64,000 nt of DNA. Origin: Octopus bimaculoides (taxonomy: Eukaryota). Shown here in pieces: positions 38,870 to 50,852 of the stretch. The stretch's first letter is position 1, and every line of letters starts with the position of its first letter. The notes beneath the pieces were generated by a model that was given only the letters and a program-made list of their open reading frames with translations, made no database searches and had not been told where the DNA came from. The DNA lies in contig NC_069003.1 of the NCBI RefSeq assembly GCF_001194135.2, positions 32,665,292 to 32,729,291 on the forward strand, written 5' to 3'. The position numbers were made by a program, and so were the translations under genes.

Positions 38870-39295
38870 CTAAAAGTTACACCACTCCGAAATATAACGA
38901 ACCAATTTGCTAATTTTTCATCTTTTAAAACTAGAGCAAATTTTTTAAAGAATGAAAATCGCTACAGCTGATTTTATATATTTCGATCGGGAAACTTAAC
39001 CAAAAAAAAAAAAAAAAAGTGTTATATAAGTAAACGAGGTGATGGAGATAAGTATAACTTCGAGCTTATTTCGTAATAAAATAACAATAATACCACTACT
39101 ACTATTAATAATAATAATCTGTATGAGATCACAGTCCTGCTGCTTTTTCACTGGAAACTATTATTACGTAAACAAGAAGGAAAAATATGGGCCGTCGACA
39201 AGTAGAAAGTTCACAAAACAACTAAACGANNNNNNNNNNNNNNNNNNNNNNNNNNNNNNNNNNNNNNNNNNNNNNNNNNNNNNNNNNNNNNNNNN

Positions 39296-39348
<53 letters not shown>

Positions 39349-39439
39349 ATGTATATATATGTGCGATTCTATCAAAAAGTAAAATAAATCCAGATTGTAT
39401 TTTTTTCTTGTGAGAAACAGTTTATTTTATATATAATTG

Positions 39440-39472
<33 letters not shown>

Positions 39473-40270
39473 CTGTAGAGAGAATGGGAGGGTTTTTGCA
39501 AGGCTAGCTAGCAGGAGGAAATATTTCCTTATGTAGGGGGAACGACTAGTTATTTATTAGCAACGAAACACCAGCTTGTATATATCTGTTCAACTAAAAA
39601 GGTGTCCATAATTATTAGCAAATACCATATAGTTATGTTTGAAAACAGACAAATAACAACCCTAGCAATATATAATTCTTCCTTCCACTCTCTAGCTTGC
39701 TTTTTTTCTTCTTCTTTTCTTACACAACACAAACAGGACGAAACAGTAAGGAATAATATTAGTGAAATAATAGCAATAAATATGGCCAAGAAAAAACTGT
39801 GATCTGTGTTATGTATGAGAGAGAGAAAAGATAAGACGTCCCTATCAGAAAAGAGGTGGAAGAAAGAAATACAGATTACATTTAACACACATCACTGAAG
39901 AAAACTCTAAACATAAAGGGACGATATATATATATATATGGGTGTGTGTATATGAACGTTAACGTGATGTAATATTTCCTGTTTCTTCTGAACTATATTT
40001 CATAGAAAGAAAATGTCTACACAATATATATACACACACAAAATCCATAAGATACAAATTTATCTAGACACACACCAAATGTGTATGTGTATCTATCTAT
40101 ATATATATATATATATACACACACATGTATACATATACATTGTGTTTCTTTCTTACTATATATAAAGGACGAAATATCGCATGCGAAATAAATTGAATAA
40201 ATAAACTACCATACATTCACCCCTTTCACATAACGATCTAACTTACCTTTTATTTAATGGACCTAAACAA

Positions 40271-40318
<48 letters not shown>

Positions 40319-40561
40319 CTCATTCACTCTTCTGTAGATACCATTAAGTAAAATATATATAAATAAGTGGTTTGAACAACTCGATTTTTAAAAAAAAATC
40401 GACACTGAGAGCAAAAACGGAATGACACAGATTTATGATTAAACATGTGTTTTTTCATTACACACTTAGAGTCATATATACATCAAAATATATATATATA
40501 ACATACAGTTGGATTAGGCTTTTGTAGGAGATATACAAGTGCACATATACACACATGAATT

Positions 40562-40593
<32 letters not shown>

Positions 40594-40720
40594 AGTTATA
40601 TATATATATATATATAATGGAGTTGGCTTTTCTAGATTAAGTGAGCAATATATATATATATATATATATACATATAACATACACATCTATACATATAAAT
40701 ATATATCTATATACACACAC

Positions 40721-40768
<48 letters not shown>

Positions 40769-41437
40769 ATATATATAACATACAGTTGGAATTTTGCAAG
40801 AGATAAACGAGTATATATTTATATATAACAGATTTACACACATATACATAACAGATTTACACACATATAAATAGATTGTACATACACACACACACACACA
40901 TATATATACATATATATATATTTATTACACACACACACGTATATTGTATATACATATGTATGTAAATATGTATGTATATGTGGGGTATTATACGCGTATA
41001 TATCTATGTGTGTGAGTGTATGGATATTAATGTTTGTTTGCAGTACTCGATGTCAAAATGGCGACCGTGGTTAGTCCGGTCGTCGCCCTTCTTCCGAAAG
41101 TAAATTCGTTAATTATTCATTTTACAGTTTTGAAAACCATTATCTTTCGTTCCATTCGATTAATACAAACCTTTCTACCTCCGATGATAAAACCCTAAGA
41201 CAACATATACGCCATATACGTAGAGAGAAATACGCAAATAAAAAAAGACCTTGCTCAATTTGTGATGTTTGAAAGAAAAAAAAAAGAGAGAAATATACAA
41301 GGTAGAGAGAAACAGAAGAAGGAAAGCAAACAAACAAACACTGGACCAGAAACAAATGTTTCCCCTTCGTTATTAAGAAAATAACGAGACGAAATGTTTG
41401 GTTTCTGTGTTGTTTGTTTGTTTTCGTGGGTTGTTAC

Positions 41438-41513
41438 CTGTTCCAAAAAAAACTCCCCCTTGGACTCAGATAATTTCGTTTCAAGGATAAACTAGTTCAC
41501 TTTGGATGATGAT
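41438..41513 (-). other. Candidate non-coding exon 1 of ZFAND5/6
   Basis: Starts ~29 nt after the TATA box, contains no ATG, ends at donor CAG|GTAACA (41438/41437). Confidence 0.5.
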
Positions 41514-41580
41514 GGCACGGCTGGAAGTGTTTCACTTATATAGGTCATGTGACGTTCATTGACGGCTATTATTGGCAGAA
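41510..41580 (-). promoter_or_regulatory. Candidate core promoter of ZFAND5/6: CCAAT box, E-box/CRE half-site, TATA box
   Basis: On the minus strand: CCAAT (41575-41571), GTCACATGAC E-box (41553-41544) overlapping a TGACGT half-site, and TATATAAG (41542-41535). Pyrimidine-A start context ~29 nt downstream (~41513). Locally CpG-rich. Confidence 0.6.
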
Positions 41581-42049
41581 ACGAAAACGAGGCGATCGGG
41601 GTAAGTCCTGTATCTTTCTCTCTCTCTCTCTCGTTGTTCACTCTCTCTCTCTTTTTCTTTCTACCTTTCTCTCTCTCTTTCTCTGTCTATACGTGCAATA
41701 ATGATAATAACCAGTGCTCTCTCTTTCTCTCTGCCTTTTTCTTTCTTCCTCTGTCTATACATACAAGAGAAGAACGAGAAAGAAAAGAGAGACAGAGAAA
41801 AAGCACTGGTTATTAATAATAAAGAAGGAATTATATTTAACTACTACAGCATACAACAGTCCTAAATTTTGCTCTCTCCCTCTCGCGTACTGACTACGAT
41901 TTTTAATCTCTGTCTTTCTCTAAAGACTGCGAATTGGCAGTCGTAAAAGTGTCATAATGCCTTGCAGTATTTGTTCAAACTCTCTGCTCTCTGATTTCGA
42001 ATCCTACCGAAACCAACTTTGCCTTTCGTCGCTTAGAGGTCGATAAATA

Positions 42050-42530
42050 AAGTATGAGTCACCTACTGGTGCTGACTTATATGTTTATCTATTTACCTCT
42101 TTCTCTGTGGAGGATCCAAGGAGCGGCCCCCACCAATCCTTTCACCATTACTCTTGTGTACATGGCAAGGAAGAAATTTCTCATACACCACACGCCGTCA
42201 TTCTGTCTCTGTCTCTCTCTCTCTCCCTCACTCTCTCAATCATTTTACGTCATCCCTTCCCTCTCACCACACTTCTCGTTCACTTCCTATAAGCTTTCAT
42301 ATAATTCACACTACCTCTCTATTCTTCTCACCCTTTCCATTTCACTCCTCTCTCTCGTTCGTATTACATCATCTCTTCTCCTCTCTCACCACTCCTCTCG
42401 TTCACTTTATACACTCTCTCACATCTCAGACCATCTCTCTATTACATTCTTCCTCTCTTACATCTCACGGTATTCCTCTTGTACATTTCACCCTTTCTAT
42501 CATTCGTCTTACACAACGGATCCCCTCTTT
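42050..42530. repeat. Degenerate pyrimidine-rich (CT/CA) low-complexity tract
   Basis: Almost G-free plus strand over ~450 bp; explains the S/L/H-rich ORFs 42054-42596. Confidence 0.8.
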
Positions 42531-43134
42531 TCTAGGAAGGGTCGTTTTTTGTTGTTATTTTACCTAACCAAAAATGTTTACTTTCCTACCTGTTAACCTA
42601 ACCCAACCTTAATTGAAAGGGCGTTGACATGAATGTTTAAAATTTTATTTAGCTTATCGCTGTTCTTCGATTTTTTTTTCTAAATTTATCTTTGTTGTTC
42701 TGAGAATATTATTGTTTCAACCCAACTCCACTAGAACTGAGTACAAAGAACACAAGAAGTCAGTAGATCAAAAGTTACAGAATTCGAATTGTTTTCCTCA
42801 CCCAAAATCTCACAACACTGACGTGGTGTTAAACGAACTAAACCTCACAAGTTCTTTTTACTATATAATTACAATCAATTTAGTAATATCTTTTTTAAAT
42901 AAATATGAGTAATATATCGAATGTCTACACACATACGCGAAAACTAAACTGGCCGAAACTTCGAAATCACTATCAACACTATTCTTGTTAAAGAATAAAT
43001 ATGTATTTAACAAAAAGTATTGAATAATCCTTCAGTTCAATGTAAAGTTGTTTCTATTAGAATTCAACATAAAAACAAACATTAATACAGACGTATGTAT
43101 CTTTCTCTCTCTTACTCTCTGTGTGTGTATATAT

Positions 43135-43169
<35 letters not shown>

Positions 43170-43449
43170 NNNNNNNNNNTATATATATATACCCTCCCCA
43201 CCCTGTTTTCGTTCCTGTGGCTTTGAATAAAAACAATGTATTTTACTTTTTATTGGACAAAGATCTGATCTTGTTTACAGATCGCAATGTGTTATATTTC
43301 TTCTGAAACTAGAATAATGTTTGGCAATATTACAAAAGCAAAGTTATCATGGATCATATTAACAAGAAATAAATAAGTGGAAATGTTTTGCTGTTTTTTT
43401 TTATGTTCTTTCTTTTAATCTTATATACAACCTTTGCTATTTATACTAG

Positions 43450-43637
43450 GAAACAAACAGTACACACAAATGACTTAGAATGTGTGGTGCTCTCTGAAGG
43501 ACATGTAACAATTATAAACGAACATATGTCTCTCTCAATGACGATATACATCTACAGAAATGGTGTGGAATTTGTACAGTATTCTTCGGGGTTTTACCTA
43601 AAACCCTTAAAACCAAAAGTAAGGAACGTAACATTTG
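43450..43637 (+). other. Candidate internal exon of a divergent plus-strand transcript
   Basis: Pyrimidine-rich acceptor ...tttatactag|, donor TTG|GTAAGA, one of three frames open throughout; product not recognised. Confidence 0.33.
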
Positions 43638-44895
43638 GTAAGAAATATATTCTTGCTGAATTAATAATAAAAGAAATTGTATGTTCGAAGTAATTTCATC
43701 TCTCTCTCTCTCTGATACATAATATTTAACTAAATGTCCTGTACACATACACAGCTCATCTTTTTGTGTTCGTAAAACAAAAGAAATATAAAACTAAAAC
43801 ATTAAATTTTGTTTGTGTAAAAAGAAAATATATATTCGTTATCATTCGGATGTTTTCTCTTCGAAGAGAAATGTGTATTCCCTGCTTCTGGAAAACTTAA
43901 GAATACTAAGACTCTTATACTCCTATGTAATACGTTGGCATGAGAAAGTAAGTTTGTTTTTTTTTCTCTATCTTAACGAAAACTCTGCAATTTCCATTAG
44001 TTTACGTAATGCCGAGCACTGGTGCAAACAACGAGAGCTAAAAACAAAAGTGGGAGTAACACCTGGCCCAGGTGATAGGGAACCAGAAGTAACGTAATTG
44101 GCGAAAGTTCGGACATTCGTATCCCAAGAGGCAATGAGGCAGCCTCTGGAGTGTTATGCAGCCTGTTAGAAATAGCAGCCAAATCTCCTTCAAAATTCAC
44201 CTTATCGACCTATAAAATAAGGACACGTTGGATAATTGTTCTACTGCCAAAAGAACATAGACGGGATGATCACGGATCATAAGTCTGCTCGATCAAGGCT
44301 GACTTGGGGCTAAACTACAGCAATGGAAGTCCTGTAGCTATAGAAAATGATTAGATATAGTTCATTCCATTTAGTTGAGAGGGCGCTCTATAAAACGATG
44401 AGTCTTTCGTTATCTCCTTCTATTGTGAATTTCAATACCTTCTTTAAGTTTTGTCCCTAATCAAAATTTTCGTTTCACCGCATCAAAAAAGAAAAAGAGG
44501 ACAAGCTAACCAGGGATCTTTTATGCAATCTCTCGACCTACTCGAAATAGCAGCCAAATCTCCTTCAAATCACACTGTACCACAGATAGTTCTCTTTTTG
44601 ACTTTGCGATTGCACAGGGAAACATCATCATTTAACGTCCACTTTTCCAGACGGAATTTGTTGAGACGGATTTTCTACAGCCAGACACCCTTTCTGTCAT
44701 CAGCCCTCAACTGTTTCCAAGTAAGGTAATATTTCCCTCATGACCAAAGAACATGTTCTTGCCGAATAATGCAAGTGAATGACATTGCCTCTATGACTGA
44801 CAATCACGTACAACTATTACACAATGTCAGGACGAATAGATACAATCACATGCTTACTCACACGTACACACACTCTCTCTCTCCCTTTCTCTCTT

Positions 44896-44948
<53 letters not shown>

Positions 44949-45072
44949 GTGTCCCAGCAACAAAATTTACTTAGGAGGTGCAAACCCAAGTTCAAATTTT
45001 TTTATGAAAAATGTGGATTTTTTTCAATGTTAACATTAAAACAAATGCAGATATAATAATAATTTTTATTAT

Positions 45073-45260
45073 TATGAGGGTCGGCTGAAATGTTCATCAG
45101 CTGGGCAAGACACTCTCATGGAATATGACCAAAAGAAGTTAATTTTTTAAAATAGTTCCTCTTACTTCCATAAGTGGTTGCAATGCTTGGATCACACTGG
45201 CGAAGAAGCTATTCCGTTGGTCAAAATGGTCATCAACAGTGCATAAGACATGTGAAAATG
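45073..45260 (+). mobile_element. Mariner-like element left-end fragment
   Basis: TA followed by tgagggtcggctgaaatgttc, a mariner-type terminal sequence; degenerate. Confidence 0.4.
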
Positions 45261-45264
45261 AGGT

Positions 45265-45760
45265 TCTAGATCAGAACAAATGGAGGCTGCAATGCCTGAG
45301 AGGAAAAGCTGATTCAGCACTCTGAACTTAGAAAGACCTGTCAAGAAGGAACAATTGAAACTGCAGCCAACAGTGAACATTGGATATGTATTATATGTGA
45401 TGGTATTCTTTGTCAAAAGCAGGATACACGAATCATGAAGTCACATGAAAATCGAAATGCCCAGAGAGGGAATGATCTTGGACACCAATCACCTCTTACA
45501 ATGTGTGTCATATGTCAAAAAACTTGTAAGACAATATCTGGACTTAAAAGGCATATGCTAGTTCACAAAAACATTCCTTCAGAATCAGATTCCAAAGAGT
45601 AAAGATATAGAAGAAATTTGAATAATCTGTCACTTGTGTTTTAAACCCTGTCACTCAAACCCTGTCACTCAAACCCTGTCACTTGTGTTTTAAACCCTGT
45701 CACTCAAACCCTGTCACTCAGCAGCTGGTCTTAAAAGTCATTTAAGGGCTCATCAACTAA
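45265..45760 (+). mobile_element. LINE (RTE-like) 3' end with three C2H2-like motifs and an internal tandem duplication
   Basis: DQNKWRL..., CIICDGILLSKAGYTNH, CVICQKTCKTISGLKRHMLVH, ICHLCFKPCHS..AAGLKSHLRAH. CTGTCACT recurs at 45627, 45648, 45662, 45676, 45697 and 45711. Confidence 0.55.
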
Positions 45761-45829
45761 AAATGAAGATAATATATACTAAAAATAAGATAAATATATA
45801 TGGGGGGGGGGAATGCACATATCAAGCAG

Positions 45830-46260
45830 AGGTCGGCAATGCATGCGCTGAGTTTTAGGTCCTATAAGGCTTGCACAACACCTCATAGACCCTCTCCACT
45901 TTATTGACATTATCCAGAGACAAGCCGGAGCAAGATGTCTGGTGCCAATATGAGTCGCAGGCTCAGGGATGTGGGAGCGCCGTGATCTCTAGCACAAACC
46001 AAAGATTCCCAAAATATCCAATGCCATTCCCTGCATGTCTGGTTTTATATCAGAGTAACCTTCTAGAGACATGCTTCAACAAAATCTGAGGGGTGCCTCA
46101 CTCCCAGTGGTCTTTCAGTACGCTGGACACCATCCCGGAATTTCTGCGTACCCATGCTATTGCTAGATAGCCGTTGAGCCTGCACTAGGTCCATCTGACC
46201 TTTCAACAGGTCACTTATGAGGCTCTCATAAGTGCTACTGGTAACATGTAATCCAGTACA
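45830..46260 (-). mobile_element. Decayed non-LTR retrotransposon fragment (possibly L1/Tx1-like)
   Basis: GC-richer coding-like stretch GQMDLVQAQRLSS...; family assignment weak. Confidence 0.3.
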
Positions 46261-46320
46261 TGTGAGAGAGTGTGTGTGCATGTGAGAGAGACCCAATTAC
46301 TTAACCAGATTGTCTTTCCA

Positions 46321-46940
46321 TCATATTGGTAGCCTTCCAAGTGGCCTTTTGCAGTCTCTTGGACACCACACAGCAACTGCATGAGTCCACCTGTTGTCTG
46401 TGAACCTTCTGACATGTCCAGCCCATTGGCACTTGTGCTTTTGGTACTCTATGATCACATCATTTACTCTAATCCATTCTTGGATTATCTCAGTTCTAAT
46501 GTGTTGTCTTAGCAATATTCCTAGCATGGATAATTCCATGGTTCTTTGCGGTGTAGCCAATCAATGTTCTATCCTCTTCGTAGTAGCCCATGTCTCATTT
46601 GAATATAAGACCACAGGTAGGATGGTGCTATCAAAGAATCTGGTACATATGACATTGTCTAGCTTTGATTTGAGCTCATCCTTTATGGAATTAAATGCCT
46701 TCCATCCTTCCCAGGAGCAGACACGTGGAGGGGGGAAGAGGGGCACATGCCCTCTTCAAGAAAAGAAGTGCACCCTTCTAAGTAATGTTATTACACCCTT
46801 TTCTCCTGGAAATGTATTCGCTTCTGACCTTGTGCCCTCCCTTCAAAAAATTCTTGGGACTGGCCCTGCTGCCCTTATTCTCTTTGAGATTTCAGCTTCC
46901 CTATCTCAGCACATATTCACCACGTTCCCTAAGTAGGCAT
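46321..46940 (-). mobile_element. RTE-clade LINE C-terminal remnant (different family) with a nested ~155-bp insertion at 46712-46868
   Basis: IRA|GWKAFNSIK...LFDSTILPVVLYSNETWATTK...QWAGHVRRFTDNRWT..V..WCPRDCKRPLGR. The insertion has CAGG...CCTG ends. Confidence 0.8.
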
Positions 46941-47887
46941 GGTCCTTGGTAATATAGAGTCCAAAATATAGTGTTAATTGTTACATGATGAACCAAGAGC
47001 AAGTTGAAAAGTGATAAGAATTGACCTATATTTTCACTCCATAAACTGACATAATTTGTCACATGTTAGGATATTCGTTTTTTTTTTTTTTTAAATATGT
47101 AGAGAAAGGAGATCGTTTGTATCGCTTATCTTACCAAATTCAAGCCAAAGTATTCCCTTCACTGAAAAGTAAGAAAGGGAATAAAGAATACGCAGTAAGT
47201 TTAGTAAACTCCTTCAGTGGTACAATCAAAATCGCAGTTTCATAAAGAGGGACACTCTAACCAGTTGCTTAAGATGCTAGAAATAGCAGCAAAACCACCC
47301 TTAAAATCATGTTTAGTTAACCATTTAGAAAAAAAAGCAAAGACATAGTCGTTAATGTAGACACAGATACATGATGTCTGTAAAGAAAATGTGATTAAGT
47401 GAGCAATTAATTAAGTTTTTTGGTTATATAACTAACCAATTGACTAATAATAGAGAAGTGAAATTGAACCAGTGCATGTGTCTATATAAATGGTGGAAAT
47501 AGCAATAAGCAAAGGATTTGTCGTTCAGTTTTTTCTGACAGCCAAAAAGAGAGGTGGTTCAGTTCTGTTTTGTTGAGGCAAAAACCATGGAGAGAGATAA
47601 CCCCTAGCAGAGTGAGAGAGGGGTAGAGAGAGAAAGAGGGGTAGAGAGAGAAAGAGGGGTGGTGGGGATGGAGGGAGACACTCAAATAGACGGAGTGAAG
47701 TAAAACAGCTTGCTCATAGTTACTGCCAAGCGAAGGTCAGAAAATATAGAGAGAGAAAATCATGAATTTTGTTTAACTCTTTTGATAGCAACCCACCTGA
47801 GACGCCCTTGGTTGTACGATACAAATCTTGTTTAGTGATCTAAATTAAAACTTCCCCTTAAAATATCGAGTTAATTTTTTTTTATAT

Positions 47888-48102
47888 CAACCCCTTTGAG
47901 ACCATTCCTGGTTCTATGTTACAAGCTTCCTGCTTTAAAATGATCTACATCAAACCTTTCCATAAAAATTTCATGTTAATTTATGTTCCAAATACCAGCT
48001 TTAATAATGACAAAATTAGTTCACTAAATACTTCATTATTTTTCAAACTAATTGAAACAAAGGCAGTGTATTTCAACAGAGATTTGATAACAAAAGGGTT
48101 GA
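47888..48102. mobile_element. piggyBac-type MITE, second family
   Basis: tcaacccctttgagacc ... ataacaaaagggttga; homologous to 57295-57517. Confidence 0.65.
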
Positions 48103-48619
48103 TTAATATTTCAAAAGCCATCTTGATAATGGTATAGTTATTTTATTTTAAATTATTCGTTATTTTCCAAATTAACTGAAATAACAAAAGCAATGTATTT
48201 CAGCAGAAATATGGTAACATAAGGGTTAAATATTTAAACATGGTCCACAAATTACATGTATCTGATTGGCCAAAACGACACACATGGCAACACAATGATA
48301 CCAAAATGTCACCTGTTGTATGTAAACCAGAAAAAGGTTGCTAAAGAATATGCTATTACTGTGAAAATACTAATTTGAAAACAAAAAACAAAAAAGGCAA
48401 AATAAAACTACACTAAAAAGAATTATTTAATATATCAAAACAATTCTTGCAACAGAGCAGACTCTAATAAAGGTACCAAGGTGGGATTTGAACTTGGAAT
48501 GTAAAGTGCTGTAACCAAATTTTACTTTGTCCTATAGTGTAGTGATTCTGCCAAACCCAGAGGAAGTCTTATAGTATTTGTTTACAGTCGCTTCAAACAT
48601 TGGGCGATATGCTGTGCTT

Positions 48620-48945
48620 GAGAAGGCCTGTCAAGCTAAATGAAATCATAGTCATCGCTGATGCCAGTGCCGTCTGACTGGCACCTGTGCCGGTGGCAGG
48701 TAAAAAGCACCGTTTGAGCATTGGGCCTCACAGAGGCAGTGACGGGTGACTGAGACTTTTGGCAATACACCCTACTTGTGAAGGCCTGTGAAAACCTGTC
48801 ATTGCAATTTGAGATCACAGTCATGGTTGATGCTGGTGTCACATCAATGGCACCCATGCCAGTGGCATGTAAAATATACCCACTACACCCTTGGGGTGGT
48901 TGGTGTTAGGAAGGGTGTGTAGCTGTAGAAACCATGCCAAGAAAG
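48620..48945 (+). mobile_element. SINE with RTE-type tail
   Basis: gatgccagtgccgtctgactggcacc...aaaagcacc...ggtgttaggaagggtgtgtagctgtagaaacc, as at 19010-19190 and 32440. Confidence 0.7.
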
Positions 48946-49373
48946 AAAATCAAACAAAAAGTACTTTCAATTTGACAAGTTTGATCTTATTTGCAATCAG
49001 TATGTTACCTTCATAAAGACTTAAAATCCAAGATGACTTTGGAGGACCAAAAATTCCATGTGAAATGCAGCAAGATTTGGAAAGATAGAGATAATGTTTG
49101 AACAAATACACTGCATATTTACACTATATAATACATTGACTTTTATGCTGCAAAACTACAATGATTCTACTTTTTCCAAATAAAAGTTGGAAACAAGAAT
49201 TTTTTATTTTTACTGGTGGTCATTAAAAATTTTGAAGATAAAAGGTATTTTTTTTTTTTCAGTTGCTGTCCTTGCTTTTGTTTGGTTTAGTCAAGCATTG
49301 TCCACTAACATTTACCTTTCTTCAAAACAGGGGTAGCCTTGATTAATTAAAGTTATTGTGTTTGTAATAATAA

Positions 49374-49740
49374 GGCAAGCTGGTGGAATCGTTAGCGTAC
49401 TGGGAAAAATGCGTAGCTGTATTTGGTCCATCTTTACATTCTAAGTTCAAATTCTGCTGAAATCCACTGGGGGTTGATGTAATCAACTTACCCCTTCCCT
49501 CAAATTGCAGGCCTTGTGACAAAATTTGGAACCAATATTAAATATGAGAATGAAGGCAGCAAGCTAGCAGAATCATCAGCCTGCTAGGCAAAACTGCTTA
49601 GCAACTAAGTGTTCTGAGTTCAAATTCTGCCGGGATTGGCTTTGCTTTTCATCCTTTTGAGGTCAATAAAATAAGTATCATTTAAATACTGGGGTCAATA
49701 TAATTGACTATCCCCTGAAATTGCTGGCCTTGTGCCAAAA
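49374..49740 (+). mobile_element. Two tandem degenerate copies of the SINE family seen at 59141
   Basis: Both carry g(g)caagct.gcagaatc...gttcaaattc(t)gc...ggggt(t/c)gatgtaat...ccccttccc...gccttgtg; most CpGs decayed. Confidence 0.7.
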
Positions 49741-50699
49741 TGTTAAGTGTGTGAGTATTTGCATCACTTAGATTAATGTTTATACAAAAACAAAGGAATT
49801 TTTTTTTAAATAGTGAAAAATTAAAAGTAAAAATTAAAAGTAACAACAAGTTTACTATCTGCATATATTTTCTACAGTATCTTTATCCCTACCCACACCC
49901 CTATTTTCCACTCTTGAATTCAGATATATTCAGTTCAGGTACATTGATCGAGTATTGAACTTTTTTGAACCAATGTTTTATTACATTCAACAGACTAACT
50001 CTTAAAAATAAAATCAATATTCACAGTTTGATCTGAAACTTCTAAATTTATTTCTGAAACAAAATCTTCTCTGAAATTTGTAGCACAATTATTTATCGAT
50101 TATTTACGTAAGCATACAAGCCAATGAGGGAACCTCTAAGTAGTTACCTGAATTATTAGAAATAGTAATCAAATCTCCTCAAATAACACCCCTACCACTT
50201 TTAAAAAAGGAAGGTTGCACTGGACTATGTAGTCACAAATACACAAAAATATAAAATAAGATAGTGGGGTCACTGCTCTAATACCTACAAAAAATGTCAT
50301 CTTTCTACAACATGCAAATAAATCAGTAATTATATCTATTTATTCTCCATTTTCTTCTCCTTGTTTTTCCCTATATATGTATATNNNNNNNNNNTATATA
50401 TATATACACACACACAAGTGAGTGGAGAAACAAAAGAAAAAGGCACTCAACACATTTAGTAGGAGTTACATGTAGTATTTAAAACAAATTTGATTTCGTT
50501 CCATGCTACTTCAAGTTTCACTGGCCTCCAATGAGAGCCCAACTCCTTCAGGCTTCTGGAATGCCAAATGTAGAGATCCAGGAAGTCCAGTAACCATCTT
50601 GGACTGCAAAACTTGAAGTAGCATGGAACTGAATCAAACAGTTTTAAATAATACATACATATATATATATATATATGTGTGTGTGTATATGTATATATA

Positions 50700-50852
50700 T
50701 ATCATCATCATCATCATCATCGTTTAACATCCGCTTTCCATGCTAGCATGGGTTGGACGATTTGACTGAGGACTGGTGAAACCAGATGGCTACACCAGGC
50801 TTCAATCTGATTTGGCAGAGTTTCTACAGCTGGATGCCCTTCCTAACGCCAT
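50700..50852 (-). mobile_element. RTE-tail repeat, minus orientation
   Basis: (ATC)n then cgtttaacatccgctttccatgctagcatgggttggacgatttgactgagg, the reverse complement of the 37105-37290 tail. Confidence 0.85.

Noticed and set aside
40482-40870. Short repeated non-microsatellite words (acatacagttgga, atataacagatttacacacata) among TA tracts
   Set aside because: Consistent with local slippage duplications between (TA)n runs; no further structure seen.
42054-42596. 180-aa and 137-aa S/L/H-rich ORFs near the promoter
   Set aside because: A by-product of a G-poor CT-rich tract.
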